Shown one piece after another: positions 45,220 through 54,788 of a stretch of DNA of 64,000 nucleotides. Both the position numbers and the translations under genes were made by a program. The notes beneath the pieces are model-generated. The model made no database searches, was not told the origin of the DNA, and saw only the letters and a list, made by a program, of their open reading frames with translations. Numbering within the stretch: position 1 is the first letter of the stretch; each line of letters opens with the position of its first letter. The DNA is taken from NCBI GenBank assembly GCA_963790205.1, contig CAWBNQ010000001.1, forward strand, positions 576,001 through 640,000, given 5' to 3'. This DNA is from Nitrospirota bacterium. Its GTDB lineage: Bacteria; Nitrospirota; UBA9217.

Positions 45220-45461
45220 GACCTTCCCGGCCGAAGGCAATCCTCCCAGAGATAAAAAAATCGAAAGCGGCGCATATTGGCTTTCATGTTGATTGCTATT
45301 GCATTTAACGGTTAAAAGCGGATAATGAATGGAATCAGGCTCGAGCACCAATTGGATTCAATGAGCATCCTGATACTTTCATTGAAAGCATGCACGGCTC
45401 GTACATGGTATATGGTATAATTATTATCATTTAATTCATGTCATGCTATGAAGGAGAGCAC

Positions 45462-46970
45462 ATGAAAATCCTGCTTGTCTATCCCAAGTACCCCAATACG
45501 TTCTGGAGCTTCAGTTATGCTCTCAAGTTCATCTCCAAAAAGGCAAGCCTTCCGCCGCTCGGGCTTTTGACCGTCGCGGCCATGCTCCCTCCTGAATGGG
45601 AGCTTCGTCTTGTCGACAAGAACGTCAACCGGCTCAAAGACGCCGACCTTCAGTGGGCCGATTACGTGTTCCTGAGCGCCATGTCCATCCAGAAGGAATC
45701 CGCGCTGTCCGTCATTGCCCGGTGCAAGAAGCTCGGCGTGAAAGTCATTGCCGGAGGCCCCCTCTTTACCGCAAACCCCGAGGAGTTCGGCCACGTGGAC
45801 CATCTGGTCCTGAACGAGGCCGAGATCACGCTGCCGCTCTTTCTCGGGGACCTGAAAAAGGGAACAGCGGGCCGCGTCTACACCTCTCCGCAATGGGCGG
45901 ATATCTCAAAAACGCCCACGCCGCGGTTCGATCTTCTGGACCTCAAGGCCTACGCATCGATGAACGTCCAGTATTCACGCGGCTGCCCTTTTGACTGCGA
46001 GTTCTGCAATATCACCGTGCTCTACGGCCGGATACCGAGAACAAAGAGCAAGGAGCAGGTCCTTGCCGAACTTGAGGCACTGTATAGCTTGGGCTGGAGA
46101 AACGGCGTGTTCGTCGTGGACGACAACTTCATCGGGAACAAGGGGAAGCTCAAGAAGGAGATCCTGCCGGCACTGATCGAGTGGATGGAGAAGCGCAAGC
46201 ACCCCTTCGGCCTCAATACGGAGGGCTCCATCAACCTCGCCGACGACGAAGAGCTCATGACGCTTATGGTCAGGGCGGGTTTCGACACGGTCTTCGTGGG
46301 CATCGAGTCGCCGAACGAGGAAAGCCTCGCGGAGTGCAGCAAGTTCCAGAACAGGAACCGCGATCTGATCGCGAGCGTCAAAAAGATCCAGCAGGCGGGC
46401 CTCGAGGTCCAGGCGGGCTTCATCGTGGGGTTCGACAAGGACCCGGCCACGATCTTCGAGCGTCTGATCGGCTTCATCCAGGAAAGCGGGATCGCGACCG
46501 CCATGGTGGGGCTCCTGAACGCGCCGCATGGCACCAAACTCTACCACCGCCTGAAAGCGGAAGGCAGGCTCACGAAGGCCCCCACCGGGGACAACACCGA
46601 TTTCTCGATCAACTTCATCCCGAGGATGAATGCCGAGCACCTGCTTTCCGGCTACCGGAAGATCATCAACACGATCTACTCGCCGAAACACTACTACGCG
46701 CGGGTAAAAAATTTCCTGAAAGAGTACCGTCCGCCGAAAGCACGAGGGGGGCGCTTCCGGGTCATCCACCTCAAGGCCGCCGTCAAGTCCGTCGTGCGCC
46801 TGGGCATTATCGGCCGCGAGCGCTTCCAGTACTGGAAGCTCTTCTTCTGGTCCCTGTTCAGGCGGCCGCGTCTCCTGCCGCTCGCCATCACCCTCTCGAT
46901 CTACGGGTTCCATTTCCGAAAGGTTTTCGCGAGACACGAGAAAGCGTTCAGGATGGGATTGACCCGGTAA
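45462..46970 (+). CDS. B12-binding radical SAM protein (DUF4070-type)
   Basis: PPLGLLTVA, SRGCPFDCEFC, VDDNFIG, FVGIES, GFIVGFD. Confidence 0.92.
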   Translation: MKILLVYPKYPNTFWSFSYALKFISKKASLPPLGLLTVAAMLPPEWELRLVDKNVNRLKDADLQWADYVFLSAMSIQKESALSVIARCKKLGVKVIAGGPLFTANPEEFGHVDHLVLNEAEITLPLFLGDLKKGTAGRVYTSPQWADISKTPTPRFDLLDLKAYASMNVQYSRGCPFDCEFCNITVLYGRIPRTKSKEQVLAELEALYSLGWRNGVFVVDDNFIGNKGKLKKEILPALIEWMEKRKHPFGLNTEGSINLADDEELMTLMVRAGFDTVFVGIESPNEESLAECSKFQNRNRDLIASVKKIQQAGLEVQAGFIVGFDKDPATIFERLIGFIQESGIATAMVGLLNAPHGTKLYHRLKAEGRLTKAPTGDNTDFSINFIPRMNAEHLLSGYRKIINTIYSPKHYYARVKNFLKEYRPPKARGGRFRVIHLKAAVKSVVRLGIIGRERFQYWKLFFWSLFRRPRLLPLAITLSIYGFHFRKVFARHEKAFRMGLTR

Positions 46971-47048
46971 AAAGCCGGTGTGTGAACGATTCTTGACAAG
47001 GGGAACCAGTGACCGGCAGCGACGCACAGCGATGCTTTGGACAATAAA

Positions 47049-47087
47049 AAAAGGCCCGGATGAAACGTTTGTTCATCCGGGCCTTTT
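47049..47087. terminator. Bidirectional rho-independent terminator
   Basis: AAAAGGCCCGGATGAA...TTCATCCGGGCCTTTT between convergent genes. Confidence 0.8.
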
Positions 47088-47179
47088 CGTGAGACCACTT
47101 TGTCATGCGGTTTTGGCATGGAATGTTTTTATGTCCGCGAGCGGCGAACCACCTGTTGTCCGCCCCGCTCTCTTCGCGA

Positions 47180-48076
47180 TCACGCCGCCTTACGCTGCGA
47201 GTACGCCGGGACGAATACCTCTTCGCAGAACACCTCGAACGACGTCGGCGTCGTGTTCTCCGTCGTGCGCTTCTCGGATTTAATAAGGCCCTCGTTGAAG
47301 GCCCTGCTCATTTCAACATAGAGCCTGCTCATGTCAGGCGACAGTCCGGCGGCGATCATTCCCTTTTCCGCTTCGTCATAGGGGAACATGACGTAGGCAA
47401 GATCGGGCTTGTTGATCTTCCTGCCGATGATCTCCGTGGCCTCAATCGTGCTGAGGTCGCGCTGGCCCAGCAGATACCGGACCGACGAACCGGTAATGTC
47501 CCTCTTTATGAGACGCTCCGCGGCGTACGCTGCGATGTCTTTTGACGCGATCATCGGCAGCTTGAGGTCGCCGCGGCCCGCACCGCCGTTGATGCCCTTG
47601 GACCTGATCAGGTCAATATTCGACATCAGGTTCTCCATGAAGAACCCGGCCCGGATGTGCAGGACCTTCAGCCCCTTGACCTTGTTCAACCGTTCCTCCA
47701 TGTGATTGAGTCCGACGATCGGGCCGGTGCCTTTGGGCAGCTCAGCGCCGGTGCTCGAAAGGTTCACGACAAAGTTCACCCCCGCTATTTCGAGCGCACG
47801 TGCAATGCTCTCACCGATCTTATCGGCATAGTCCAGGAACTTCTCGGCTTTGAGGTTGGGCGGAATCAGCGTAAATACGGCATCAGTATCCTTGAAGGCC
47901 TTTACGAGGAACTCGGTATCAAGCGCGTCGCCGGCAAGGGCCTGGACTTGCTTACTCACGAAGGGCCGCAACCGGTCCGCTGAGCGCGCCACGAGCCGTA
48001 CTTTTTCGCCTTTTTTGATAAGGATATCGGCGATCTTTCCGCCGACGTGACCCGTTGCACCTAAAATAGTAATCAT
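47180..48076 (-). CDS. NmrA family NAD(P)-binding protein
   Basis: ITILGATGHVG, RAGFFMEN, IASKDIA. Confidence 0.88.
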   Translation of the reverse strand: MITILGATGHVGGKIADILIKKGEKVRLVARSADRLRPFVSKQVQALAGDALDTEFLVKAFKDTDAVFTLIPPNLKAEKFLDYADKIGESIARALEIAGVNFVVNLSSTGAELPKGTGPIVGLNHMEERLNKVKGLKVLHIRAGFFMENLMSNIDLIRSKGINGGAGRGDLKLPMIASKDIAAYAAERLIKRDITGSSVRYLLGQRDLSTIEATEIIGRKINKPDLAYVMFPYDEAEKGMIAAGLSPDMSRLYVEMSRAFNEGLIKSEKRTTENTTPTSFEVFCEEVFVPAYSQRKAA

Positions 48077-48371
48077 AATACTCCCTCCTTTCCCCTATAA
48101 CTTCAGTAGTATGGGAAATCAAGACATATCCTGTACTTTAATTTTAACGTAGCACCGGGGCTGTGCAATGTCAACCCCGCGTGAGATCAATGTGTCAGTC
48201 AGGTCAAAAACCATAACGGGAAGACAGGCATGAGGAGGAGAATCCTCCGTTCTTCATCAGCTATTGACAAATATTCCGCTCTGTTATACGATTTCACCGT
48301 GAAAGACAGCGCGAGTACTGCCTGCGGCGCAACCCCGAAGAGAGCTCCGCTCGGTACAAGATAAAACACCA

Positions 48372-48659
48372 ATGGCTACTATTCCTATTACTAAACCCGG
48401 AACTGTTCTTGAACAGCACACCGCCCACATTCCGCGGTACAAGGTCCTGGTCCATAACGACGACGTAAACAGCATGGACCACGTGGTGAGGACGCTCATG
48501 CGCGTGTTCAAGTTTGAGCGCGCGGTATGCGAGGGGATCATGCTCAAGGCCCACCATGACGGCGTGGCGCTCTGCGCTGTCGAGCCCCTGGAACAGGCAG
48601 AGCTCCATCGGGACCAGCTGATTTCCTATTCCCTCGTTTCGACCATAGAAAAAGAATAG
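48372..48659 (+). CDS. clpS: Clp protease adaptor ClpS
   Basis: YKVLVHNDDVNSMDHVV, IMLKAHHDG. Confidence 0.9.
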   Translation: MATIPITKPGTVLEQHTAHIPRYKVLVHNDDVNSMDHVVRTLMRVFKFERAVCEGIMLKAHHDGVALCAVEPLEQAELHRDQLISYSLVSTIEKE

Positions 48660-48819
48660 GACGCCGGCCTCTTGAAGGCCCTTCGACAAATTTTTCAAGC
48701 CTGCCGTATTGCACGCGGCCGCCAAAACACTGCGAAACCTGCCGTCATCGGAGACGGCAACCGTCGCACCTGCTTTTAATGCGTACTGAGAGTAGAAATA
48801 GGGGGGAGAGGAACGGCGC

Positions 48820-49275
48820 ATGACCGAAAAAAACAAATTTTACAAAGACGGAATCCGGTTCGAGTGCCAGGGTGAAGGCAAGTGCTGCGTCACGCGCGGC
48901 CGATACGGTTACGTGTATCTCTCCTTCAACGATCGCCGGCGGCTTGCCGTCCACTTCAAGACCTCGACGGCCGAGTTTACCTTGCGCTATACCGAAAAAG
49001 AAGACGGCTTGTACCAGCTGAAATACGCGGACAAAGATTGCCCGTTCATGAGAGACAGCCGCTGTGCCGTGTACGACGCTCGTCCCTGGCAATGCCGCAC
49101 TTGGCCCTTCTGGCCGGAGAACATGAGCAAGACCGTGTGGGAGCGCGAGGTCGCGTCCTACTGCCCCGGTGTGGGCAGGGGCAGGCTCTATTCCGCTGAA
49201 GAGATCGAGCTGATCATTGCGAAAAAAAGGGACGTCTCCGGATGCCGGCTGAAGTCCGACCCGCTTGATCGATGA
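48820..49275 (+). CDS. YkgJ family cysteine-cluster protein
   Basis: FECQGEGKCC, CPF, CAVYDARPWQCRTWPFW, CPG. Confidence 0.88.
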   Translation: MTEKNKFYKDGIRFECQGEGKCCVTRGRYGYVYLSFNDRRRLAVHFKTSTAEFTLRYTEKEDGLYQLKYADKDCPFMRDSRCAVYDARPWQCRTWPFWPENMSKTVWEREVASYCPGVGRGRLYSAEEIELIIAKKRDVSGCRLKSDPLDR

Positions 49276-49511
49276 GATCGCTTCTACCGCTCTCCTCTTG
49301 TTACTGCTGCCGGTTCTATTGCACCTTCAAAGACATTTCTGCCAAGCCTTCCTGCTCTGGCGACAGGCACCTTCGGGTTTATTCTGCAACTTTAGGAGAA
49401 GCCCACGTTGTTCACTGCGGCATTTCCCGCGTCATGTATAAAAAGCAATTTTTGATAGATTGCTACTTGTAATTAGAATTTGACAAAAAGGTTAGAGCGC
49501 GTTATAGCTGT

Positions 49512-49700
49512 TAGCATAAGGATGCGGGTCTGCTTCGGCAGCCGAGCATGGCTGAGTCCGGGGTTCTTCCAGAGCGCGACTCACCCATGGCCCTGCTGAT
49601 ATCGGTTTCGATGATGCTACCCTCCTCGGGAGAGGGCATAGGGGGGCGGGAGCTGGCCGGACAGCCGAAGGAAATTTCTTTGGTGTGCCCGGTCTTTTTA
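49512..49700 (+). ncRNA. Candidate structured leader or sRNA with terminator upstream of the CBS gene
   Basis: TTGACA at 49480; multiple stems including a CUGC-UUCG-GCAG hairpin; ends in a hairpin plus TTTTT. Confidence 0.4.
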
Positions 49701-49732
49701 TTTCGACATACAGGGAAAAGGAGGAAAACGAC

Positions 49733-50176
49733 ATGCGTACTTCAATTACCGTGGGTCAAGTGTTGAGATCAAAGGGGCAGGAGTTCTGGTATATCACGCC
49801 CTCGATGACCGCCTATAAAGCGCTGGAGATTATGGCTGACAAGAACGTGGGCGCGCTGCTCGTTGTCGATGGCGGCAAGCTGATGGGAGTATTCTCGGAA
49901 CGCGATTATGCCCGGAAGGTCATCCTGAAAGGAAAATCCTCGAAGAGCACCGAGGTGCGGGAACTGATGACCAGCCCGCCGATCTGCATCGAGCCCGAGA
50001 AGTCCATCCATGAGTGCATGGTGCTCATGACGAAGAACCATATCCGTCACGTGCCGGTCATTGACCCGAGGGGGCTTATCGGCGTCGTGAGCATCGGCGA
50101 TATTGTCAACTCCATCATCTCCGATCAGGAAGCCACGATCGAGGAGCTCGAGAGCTACATCACCGTCGGGTATTAA
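49733..50176 (+). CDS. CBS-pair domain protein
   Basis: NVGALLV, GVFSERDYARK, IRHVPV, GVVSIGDIV; AAGGAGG RBS. Confidence 0.92.
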   Translation: MRTSITVGQVLRSKGQEFWYITPSMTAYKALEIMADKNVGALLVVDGGKLMGVFSERDYARKVILKGKSSKSTEVRELMTSPPICIEPEKSIHECMVLMTKNHIRHVPVIDPRGLIGVVSIGDIVNSIISDQEATIEELESYITVGY

Positions 50177-50596
50177 CGTGTAAGGCGTACCGCGCAAAGG
50201 GCGGCTTTCCGGCATACGGTGCAGCTGATGCTCAGCTGTAATGACATCCGATGCGGAAGGCCCGCCCTGCGCACCCCTTCTATACAGGCTTCGCTTCTTA
50301 TAAAGAAAAGCAGAAAGATCGTTGGTGTGTTTTTCCCTGCAGCAATTCCCTCCGTATTGTGTACAGACCATTCCGCGGGGCACCTGTGTCGGCAGCCCGT
50401 CCGTGCGACTTTCGAAAACTTTTCTGATATATTACTAACAAGAGCATAAATGCTTTGCCACAGAGGACACCGAGAAAAGATCAAACCGCTGATTTTTGAC
50501 GGCTGTTCTTCCGTGGCCTCTTGAGTTCTCGGCGGCAACCTGCGCTCCTTAATAACTACCGTAGACTACTCACCAGGTGTTGGAAGGAGAGCTCCC

Positions 50597-51376
50597 ATGC
50601 GAACACAACAGGAAATGCCAAAAAAAAATTCATCGATAAAAGACGGTCTGCTCTTTTTGCTTGCGCCCGCGGGCTTCGGACTTGCCGTGCTCGCGGCGAT
50701 TGCCGGCGCGCTTTCCGGATTCGGAACGCAATGGGGATGGTGGCCGTTCACGAGCGGTTTTACGATCCTGAAATGCTCTGCCTATGCCGGTCTGATCGCT
50801 GCTGCGGTGTCGCTCGCAGCCGCTATCGTGACCAGACAGGGACGTCTGCGGCGGTGGGTTGTGCTGTCTGCCGCAGGGACCATCATCGGACTTGCCGTTG
50901 CGGGTGTTCCCTGGTCGTGGATGCATAAAGCGGAGAAGCTCCCGCGTATCCATGACATTACCACCGATACGGAAAACCCGCCCCACTTTCAATCGGTCCT
51001 GGCGCTCAGAAAAAACGCACGCAACTCTGCCGAGTACGGAGGGCGTAAAATCGCGGAACAGCAGCTGGCCGCGTATCCCGACATCAAGCCGCTCCTGCTG
51101 GCTGCCCCGCCAGCCCAGGCCTTTGCTCGAGCGTTGGAGACAGCGCGGAATATGGGGTGGACGATCATCTACGCGAACGCCCGCGAGGGCCGCATCGAGG
51201 CCACGGACACGACCTTCTGGTTCGGCTTCAAGGATGATGTGGTGGTCCGCGTTACGGCAGCGTCGGGTGGGAGTCGCGTTGACGTGCGCTCCGAGTCGAG
51301 AGTCGGATTGAGCGACATCGGCACCAACGCGGCACGGATCCGGTTATTCCTCCATAAACTGGGAAGCACAGGGTGA
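50597..51376 (+). CDS. DUF1499 domain membrane protein
   Basis: PRIHDITTD, WFGFKDDVVVRV, DVRSESRVGLSDIGTNAARI. Confidence 0.88.
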   Translation: MRTQQEMPKKNSSIKDGLLFLLAPAGFGLAVLAAIAGALSGFGTQWGWWPFTSGFTILKCSAYAGLIAAAVSLAAAIVTRQGRLRRWVVLSAAGTIIGLAVAGVPWSWMHKAEKLPRIHDITTDTENPPHFQSVLALRKNARNSAEYGGRKIAEQQLAAYPDIKPLLLAAPPAQAFARALETARNMGWTIIYANAREGRIEATDTTFWFGFKDDVVVRVTAASGGSRVDVRSESRVGLSDIGTNAARIRLFLHKLGSTG

Positions 51377-51671
51377 AGGGCCCCGCAAACAGTAACGGTC
51401 CGGCCCTTGCAGAAATACCGAGAGCACCTCACCGATGAAGGCGTCAAGCCTGCGCGCTGCGTCCTCTCCCCGCGGAGCTTTCATCGGAATTCAAACATGA
51501 GGATAGCGTGAAGAATGAGCGCCGAACCAACCTGCCCGCACCCGCACTGTTAATAAAAAAATTTTGACAGGGAAAAATATTCTGATAGAATGCTCTTGTA
51601 CCCGGGCGGCCCGCTAGAAGCGACCGTGAGACCCGGAGGCCGTCGGAGCCGTGAGGGAAGGGCAATGGACA

Positions 51672-51935
51672 ATGTCTGATCAAAAAATTGATATCGGCTC
51701 TTATGCGGGGTACCAGGGCGAAGAAAGCCCGCGGGTTTTTTTTGCCCACGGCGAGAAGATCACAGTCCTTAAAATACTCAAGATGTGGATCGAGGAGGGA
51801 GAGGGGGGCCGAAAGCAAGCGCGGTTCTTCATCGTGCGGGGGAGCGACGGTTTCGATCACACGCTCTATTACGACCTGGAGTCGGGCGTCTGGTTCTACC
51901 GGAGTTTCGAAAAGGCGAAGCGCAGCCACCATTGA
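51672..51935 (+). CDS. Small conserved-looking hypothetical protein
   Basis: SYAGYQGEESPRVF...FFIVRGSDG...LYYD...W. Confidence 0.6.
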   Translation: MSDQKIDIGSYAGYQGEESPRVFFAHGEKITVLKILKMWIEEGEGGRKQARFFIVRGSDGFDHTLYYDLESGVWFYRSFEKAKRSHH

Positions 51936-52033
51936 TAGCGCCGGCAGCGCACCCATACGGTTCTCACGCGGCCTCTCGCCTGCCGCAGCGGCCGGACCCC
52001 GTTGAAATCCGAGGAAAATCCTTGATTTTACCC

Positions 52034-52062
52034 TTGACACCTCAGCGGGTTTTGTATATAGT
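52034..52062 (+). promoter_or_regulatory. Sigma70 promoter of the tRNA-Gln/Glu pair
   Basis: TTGACA-17 nt-TATAGT. Confidence 0.75.
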
Positions 52063-52079
52063 GCTAGCTCTGTATTCAC

Positions 52080-52153
52080 TGGGGGATCGTCCAGTGGTAG
52101 GACGACAGGCTCTGAACCTGTTTACGGGGGTTCGAATCCTCCTCCCCCAACCA
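52080..52153 (+). tRNA. tRNA-Gln(CTG)
   Basis: TGGGGGA acceptor, ACAGG-CT CTG AA-CCTGT, CCA. Confidence 0.95.
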
Positions 52154-52254
52154 TACAATGCTCGGAGTTGTGAGTTCGGAGTAGTATCTCTGGCAAGGTT
52201 TTACTCCCAACTCTGCACTCATGACCCTTCCCGCGCCTCATGGGTTCATCGCAC

Positions 52255-52330
52255 GGTCCCATCGTCTAGCGGCCTAGGACGCTGGCCTCTCACGCCGGAG
52301 ACACGGGTTCGATTCCCGTTGGGACCACCA
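52255..52330 (+). tRNA. tRNA-Glu(CTC)
   Basis: GGTCCCATCGTCTAGCGGCCTAGGAC, loop CT CTC AC, CCA. Confidence 0.95.
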
Positions 52331-52559
52331 ATTCACCGTTAAGCGCATAAGCCCCTTGCTAAAACCAACAAGACGATAGCCAGGAAGATCGCCGGGGTAG
52401 GCTCATACAATCGCGCTCTCAGCACTCAAACTTCGAACTCTTTTATCCCGTTCCGCAGGGAGACCTGCCTCTGTTTGACCCCATTTCGTAATCCGAAATC
52501 CGCAATCTGCCCCCCCCCAAAAAAATCACCCACCGAAATCCTTGGAATTTCCGCGCTCT

Positions 52560-53020
52560 GTACACTATGCCATGAACCTGATGCTCCACAGCATCGAGAC
52601 CGACAAAAAGCCCGCATCCGAAACGCCCTGGACAAAGAAGCTCTGGAGCTATGACCTCCGCACGAACAGGCACTTCACGCTCAAGACCAGCTCCCTCCAT
52701 CGTTCTGCCTCGATGAGCTTGTAGCTTGCTATTTTGGCTTGAACGGTTCCAAAACAAATCCTCTTTCAGTCCCTCCTTTGTCAAAGGGGGGAGTTTATTA
52801 GATCGCCAGCAGCGCAAGGCTCCGTGGTCCGAGAAGAAACCCGACGGCCCTGGCGGTTATACAACTACGACGGACTTGCCAGCCGCGACATCTTCCGGCT
52901 CAAAGATGAATCCCCCGAAGATTCCGACAACCTCCCCGGTCCAGGCGTGATCGCCTTGGAGATCGTGGAAGATTTGAAAGGCGTTTGCGCAGTTTAGAGA
53001 GATTGTAACCGGCCTCGTGA
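52560..53020 (+). pseudogene. hsdM: Fragmented type I RM methyltransferase (HsdM) remnant
   Basis: AMNLMLHSIE fused to KPASETPWTKKLWSYDLRTNRHFTLK; later PWSEKKPDG and LKDESPEDSDNLPGPGVIALEIVEDL in shifting frames. Confidence 0.7.
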
Positions 53021-53186
53021 ATGGTAAATCATCAGACGCAGCTTCATAATGCCCGACACCATCCTCGTTCCGGTTGACAGGTCCGACGCGCGCTGTCGGG
53101 TCTGAACACGATAATCGGGCGGCAAAAGCGGAAATACCCTGCCCTCAAATAGTTGACACGTCCGTGTTTATTTGCTATGTTCCTGC

Positions 53187-54671
53187 ATGCGCGCCATACA
53201 GCAAATTCTGGTCGTAGAAGACGATGAACCCATCCAGGACATACTCCGCACTTTTCTTTCGGGAAAAGGTTTTGAAGTAACGTCTGCCCGGAACGGCGAG
53301 GCGGCCCTCGACTTGCTGGGGGTTCAAAAGTTCGACCTCGTTCTGACCGACCTGGTGATGCCCGGCAAGGGAGGGATGGACGTCCTGAAAGCGGCAACGG
53401 CTTCTCAGCCCGGTCTTCCCGTCATTGTCATGACCGGCTTCGGAACCGTCAAAACGGCCGTTGAGGCCATGAAGATCGGCGCCTTCGACTATCTCACCAA
53501 ACCCTTCAACCTCGACGAGCTCATTATCGTTCTCGACAAGGCGCTCTCCGTTTCACAGCTGCAGAAAGAGAACCGGATGCTCAAAATGCAGCTCAAGAAG
53601 AAGTACGTTTTCAAGGGGATCGTCGGCGACTCACCCTCCATGCATGCCGTGTACGAGCTGATAGAAAAGATCGCCGACACCGACAGCACCGTCCTCATAA
53701 CCGGCGAAAGCGGGACCGGCAAGGAGCTTGTTGCCAGGACCATTCACTATAACAACACCAGGCGAGCGAGCGGCCCCTTCGTCGCGCTGAACTGCGCCGC
53801 CATCCCCCAAGACCTCCTTGCCTCGGAGCTCTTCGGCCACGAGAAAGGAGCTTTTACCGGGGCTGTTTATGCGCGGGCCGGCCGGTTCGAACTGGCCCAG
53901 GGCGGCACGCTCTTTCTCGATGAAATAAGCGAGCTCGATCCCGCGCTCCAGGTCAAGCTGCTCCGCGTGCTTCAGGAGCGCGAGTTTCAGCGGGTCGGCG
54001 GAGTGAAAACAGTCAAGGTGGATGTTCGCATCCTCGCGGCCACGAATGCGGACCTGGAAACAGCGACCAAAAAGGGCGCGTTCCGGGAAGACCTGTTTTA
54101 CCGGCTGAACGTCATCCCGCTCCATCTTCCTCCTCTCAGAGATCGGCCGGAGGACCTTGCGCTTTTGACCGCCCATTTTGTCCTGGAATTTTCCCGGAAA
54201 AGACAGCACGAACCGCTTGTCTTTTCAGCTGAGGCAAATGATTGTTTGATGAAGTATTCATGGCCGGGAAACGTGCGGGAGCTCGAAAACCTGATCGAGC
54301 GGCTCTCCATCCTTGTGAGCGGCAGGTCGGTGCAGGTATCGGACCTCCCTCAAACGATGCACCGGATGGATGTTGCCGTCCAGCAACAGGCAATCACCGC
54401 GCAGGAACCGGCGGGCGTCTTCGGAAACCCCGCGCCCGCGGCGATACGATACGACACGCTGGAGGTTGGCGAGACCGGTATTGATCTTGATGAGCTAATC
54501 ACCAGTATCGAGAGGGATCTGATCCGGAAGGCCCTGGAACGGGCCGGAGGAGTAAGGAGCAAGGCGGCCCGGCTTCTCGGCCTTAATCGAACGACGCTCC
54601 TGGAGAAAATAAAAAAAATGGACATCGAGACCGGAAGGCGCCCGGTACCCGTAAAAAAACAAGCCCGTTGA
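53187..54671 (+). CDS. Sigma54-dependent response regulator (NtrC family)
   Basis: REC LTDLVMP, GESGTGKE, GAFTGA, WPGNVRELEN, Fis-type HTH. Confidence 0.95.
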   Translation: MRAIQQILVVEDDEPIQDILRTFLSGKGFEVTSARNGEAALDLLGVQKFDLVLTDLVMPGKGGMDVLKAATASQPGLPVIVMTGFGTVKTAVEAMKIGAFDYLTKPFNLDELIIVLDKALSVSQLQKENRMLKMQLKKKYVFKGIVGDSPSMHAVYELIEKIADTDSTVLITGESGTGKELVARTIHYNNTRRASGPFVALNCAAIPQDLLASELFGHEKGAFTGAVYARAGRFELAQGGTLFLDEISELDPALQVKLLRVLQEREFQRVGGVKTVKVDVRILAATNADLETATKKGAFREDLFYRLNVIPLHLPPLRDRPEDLALLTAHFVLEFSRKRQHEPLVFSAEANDCLMKYSWPGNVRELENLIERLSILVSGRSVQVSDLPQTMHRMDVAVQQQAITAQEPAGVFGNPAPAAIRYDTLEVGETGIDLDELITSIERDLIRKALERAGGVRSKAARLLGLNRTTLLEKIKKMDIETGRRPVPVKKQAR

Positions 54672-54788
54672 CCAACTGAGAATTCGAGAGGATTTCGCCA
54701 AGACATCCCGAAAGAGCGCTCCAAGGCCGCGGTCCGGATCCTGACCTTTCTCCACAAGAGGAGCGGGCGTCTGTAGGCGCACGCGCCA

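Noticed and set aside
45462..46970. Assignment as hopanoid methylase HpnP
   Set aside because: Family-level similarity only, and no hopanoid genes nearby.
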